DNA from: Atractiella rhizophila
Taxonomy: Eukaryota
Reading direction: 5' to 3'
Assembly (NCBI GenBank): GCA_021432655.1
Contig: MU271614.1
Location: 1 to 39,104, forward strand
DNA: 39,104 bases
Shown here: piece by piece, positions 36,264 to 39,104 of the stretch
Layout of the letters: each line of letters starts with the position of its first letter
Numbering within the stretch: the first letter of the stretch is position 1
Made by a program: the position numbers and the translations under genes
The notes under the pieces: model-generated
Told to the model about the DNA's origin: nothing
What the model saw: only the letters and a program-made list of their open reading frames with translations
The model's database searches: none

Positions 36264-36770
36264 ATGGTAAGTCGTCTTCCTTTCTCTGTGAGGCGTGGGT
36301 TTCGAACGGATCGTGGGGAAGAACGCTGTAGCAAGGACAAGGGAGTGAGGGCTGATCGTGTGATTCTTTGGCGGTAGACTCTTGCTGTCGATCTCTTGAA
36401 CCCCTCTCTCGACGCCGAGAAGCGAAAGCACAAGAAGAAGAGGCTCGTACAGTCTCCCAACTCCTTTTTCATGGATGTCAAATGTCCCGGTATGTCCTCC
36501 CTACATGATCTTTTGCTGTCTCACAGGCTGAGAGGATGATGTGGACTGATTGATTCTGCACGATCGTAGGATGCTTTAACATCACCACCGTCTTCTCCCA
36601 CGCCCAAACTGTCGTTCTTTGCGGATCTTGCGCAACAGTACTTTGTCAGCCGACTGGTGGCAAGACACGACTGACTGAGGGTTCGTTCTTCTCTCGCCTT
36701 GCGCAACTATTTACAACAGTATGGCTGACCAAACTTGCAAATAGGGTGCTCGTTCCGGAGAAAGAACTGA
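36264..36770 (+). CDS. RPS27: 40S ribosomal protein S27 (eS27), 4 exons, first coding exon is ATG only
   Basis: [83 protein letters not shown]. Confidence 0.97.
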
Positions 36771-37341
36771 GCCTGGGGACTCTGAAAACTGATCTCGTCA
36801 TCAGACTGTTGTCAGCGACCTAGGGACTGATTATGCGTATGATTCACTTCATGATTTTACCACCTTTTCCATGCAATATTTCATGTTTCGTTCCGTTGCG
36901 AAGCCATCGTAGGGGCTGACTTTGGATCATGAATTGGCAGAGGTGGAATTCCGAAACGAAACTTAGGTTGCTGACAGGAGTTTATGTCCCTTCATGGTGG
37001 AAGTTACAATAGCCTGCAGTGTTGACGTTCAAGACGGAGGCGACACATTACACTAAGGCATAGGGGATAGCGACAGGGCAAGTTCCTGACCCTATCAACG
37101 CAATTCCTGCATCGTCAACAAACCAAAATAAGAATCGATGAGACCACCGATTCCTCATAAGTGTGAAGATATCTGCCGTGCTAAACTGCATGACGGCTTG
37201 AACTGTTGAAAGTCAACAATGATAATGATCAGCGGTCGGAGATTGTGTTCGTTGTGCGATCGGGTCCGGGGTAAACGATAGCAACGACATCGTCAGCTGT
37301 AAGTCTCAACAACTCAGGCAAGTGACACCAAAGGAGGAATA

Positions 37342-38634
37342 ATGTCTTGGTACGTTTATTTCTTTTACAAGTGTTTAAACAACTCTAATGCTCTTGATAG
37401 GGCTGGGTACGTTTGACTCGGCAAGTCCACCAATGGCGTCCTAACCTCCTTGTTCATGCAGATTAAAGAAAGGTGTTTCTCGAGCGGGTACAACGGTTTG
37501 CCTCTCCGCCAAATATGTTTGTCTCAGTACATGCTGATATCTGATTGGATGTTACGCTGTAGCTCCTCCAAAAGACCGGGCAAGTGGATCGTACTGTTGA
37601 TCCTCAATTCCAAGAGGAGGTAGAACGGTTCAAGCTGTTGGAGAAGAATGCGAATAACTTGCAGAAACACTCCAAGTTGTATCTCGACTCTCTGCGCGGT
37701 AAGTCGGAACTCTTCACCAGCCTCACCCCGAAGTGACGGCGTTGGCGTAGGCATGACTGGTGCTCAGCTCCGAATCTCAGAGACAATTGATCACTTCTAC
37801 AATGATGCGTTTACTGGTGGACAAGCGACTGATGAAATGGCTGGACACTCTTACAAGCGGGCTATTGAAGAACTTGAAGGGAAGACGAGAGATCAGTTGG
37901 TTCGTCTACTTCATGTCATCTTGATTAAAGGGTGCGCGAGCTCAGTGACGGGGATGGCGTGTTTCGTGGTATATAGGATGCCCCTTATCGACAGACAGTC
38001 CTTGAACCCATAGGGAAACTTTGCTCCTATTTCCCAGAAATAAATAACTCAATTCAGAAGAGGAACAAGAAGGTTTGTCCCTCACTCCATTGCGAGAGAA
38101 TGACTTTGTGAAGACTTGCTCATGCTATAGCTGCTTGACTATGATTCTGCCCGTACACGGATGCGCAAACTCCAAGAGAAGCCCAATGACGACCCCGCCA
38201 AGTTTTCAAGAGTACGTCTACCTTAAACGTTCAGGTTCCCCCGAGTTGATTGTCGCCACAGACAGAGAAAGAAACGGAAGAAGCAAGGGTCATTTTTGAA
38301 ACTATCAATTCTCAACTCCAGGTCGAGGTCCCTCAAATGGTCGATCTTCGTGTTCCTTACCTAGATCCTTCGTTCGAGGCCATGGTTAGGATACAACTCA
38401 AATTTGCGGAGGATTCGTGCGTGTCCCTTACCCTCTGTAATGTTGTGGACAACGCTTTCTAACGCTGTCTGCGCGTACGGCTTGCCACTGTTTAGGTATG
38501 AGCGTCTGAGTGGCGTGCAGAGATATCTCCAGGATAATGTGAGGGACGATTACGCGGAGGGAAGGCTGGATGCCCAGGTCGAGGGAGCGCTGCAGGAGAT
38601 GAGAGACTTGAGCATCTGCGGCTTGAGCGGTTAG
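37342..38634 (+). CDS. RVS161: N-BAR amphiphysin Rvs161/Hob3, multi-exon
   Basis: MSWAGLKKGVSRAGTTLLQKTGQVDRTVD..YLDSLR; PYRQTVLEPIGKLCSYFPEIN..IQKRNKKLLDYD; DLRVPYLDPSFEAMVRIQLKFAE; YAEGRLDAQVEGALQEMRDLSICG. Confidence 0.93.
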
Positions 38635-39104
38635 AACTCGATTGTCGAAGGAGGACCTGCCATTTAAATTGTGCGTTATCAAGTTTTGTGGAATGGTAGA
38701 AATGTTGTATTGTTATTGACCATGATCGCGTTCGTTGTGCCTGATAGCCTGATGCCTCATAAAAGGCCCACATATCTGGATTGGAAGACCCAATCCATCT
38801 GGCAAGCACTCTCAAAAGCAGACAGAGTAGCCCCGTATATGCATCACTTACAATAAAGTGAATTCAAGATCCTATGACTATGTTTCCAAACTGTTTAAGG
38901 ATTGCGCGTATTCACATTATATCCACTGTTTATGCTCCTTCTCTCCTCATGAGGCCCTTGATAAGCGGCGAGATCGTTGCGAGTAAAGATCCGGAACTGT
39001 GCAGTGAGCTGGCTCCTCGCCGAGGCGATATTTTCATCGATTTTTCAAATGCATGTTCCAAGTAGTTGCGTGAAGGAAACGTTCTCCTCTCATTGGGAGC
39101 AATG

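Noticed and set aside
1..39104. tRNA, rRNA or CRISPR arrays
   Set aside because: None recognised; the sequence is eukaryotic with no repeat-spacer structure.

Overview
This is a gene-dense, intron-rich eukaryotic window from a fungus, most likely a basidiomycete (introns mostly 50-60 nt GT-AG with CTRAC/CTRAT branch points; Rvs161 N-terminus of basidiomycete style). Recognisable genes in order: acetoacetyl-CoA synthetase, an MFS transporter, a single-pass Pro/Ser-rich membrane protein (frameshifted), a NAP-family histone chaperone, PC4/Sub1, an SDR oxidoreductase (in-frame TAG), BMT5-like rRNA methyltransferase, a flavin monooxygenase, REI1/ZNF622, an ATO/GPR1-FUN34 transporter, RPS27 and RVS161. 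The most conspicuous structure is 24450-31363. Two blocks there (24450-26185 and 28547-31363) are literal mirror images (reversed, NOT complemented) of neighbouring sequence. Each abuts an N gap and joins its flank seamlessly when flipped in place. With the overlapping allelic copies, this is best read as an assembly/gap-filling artefact at a heterozygous locus that inflates it by about 6.8 kb, not as biology. The best candidate for new biology is a pair of diverged small intronless proteins (73 and 103 aa) sharing PY-like motifs, an amphipathic segment and a conserved C-terminal RNDRW. Exon boundaries and translations were worked out by eye; no searches were run.
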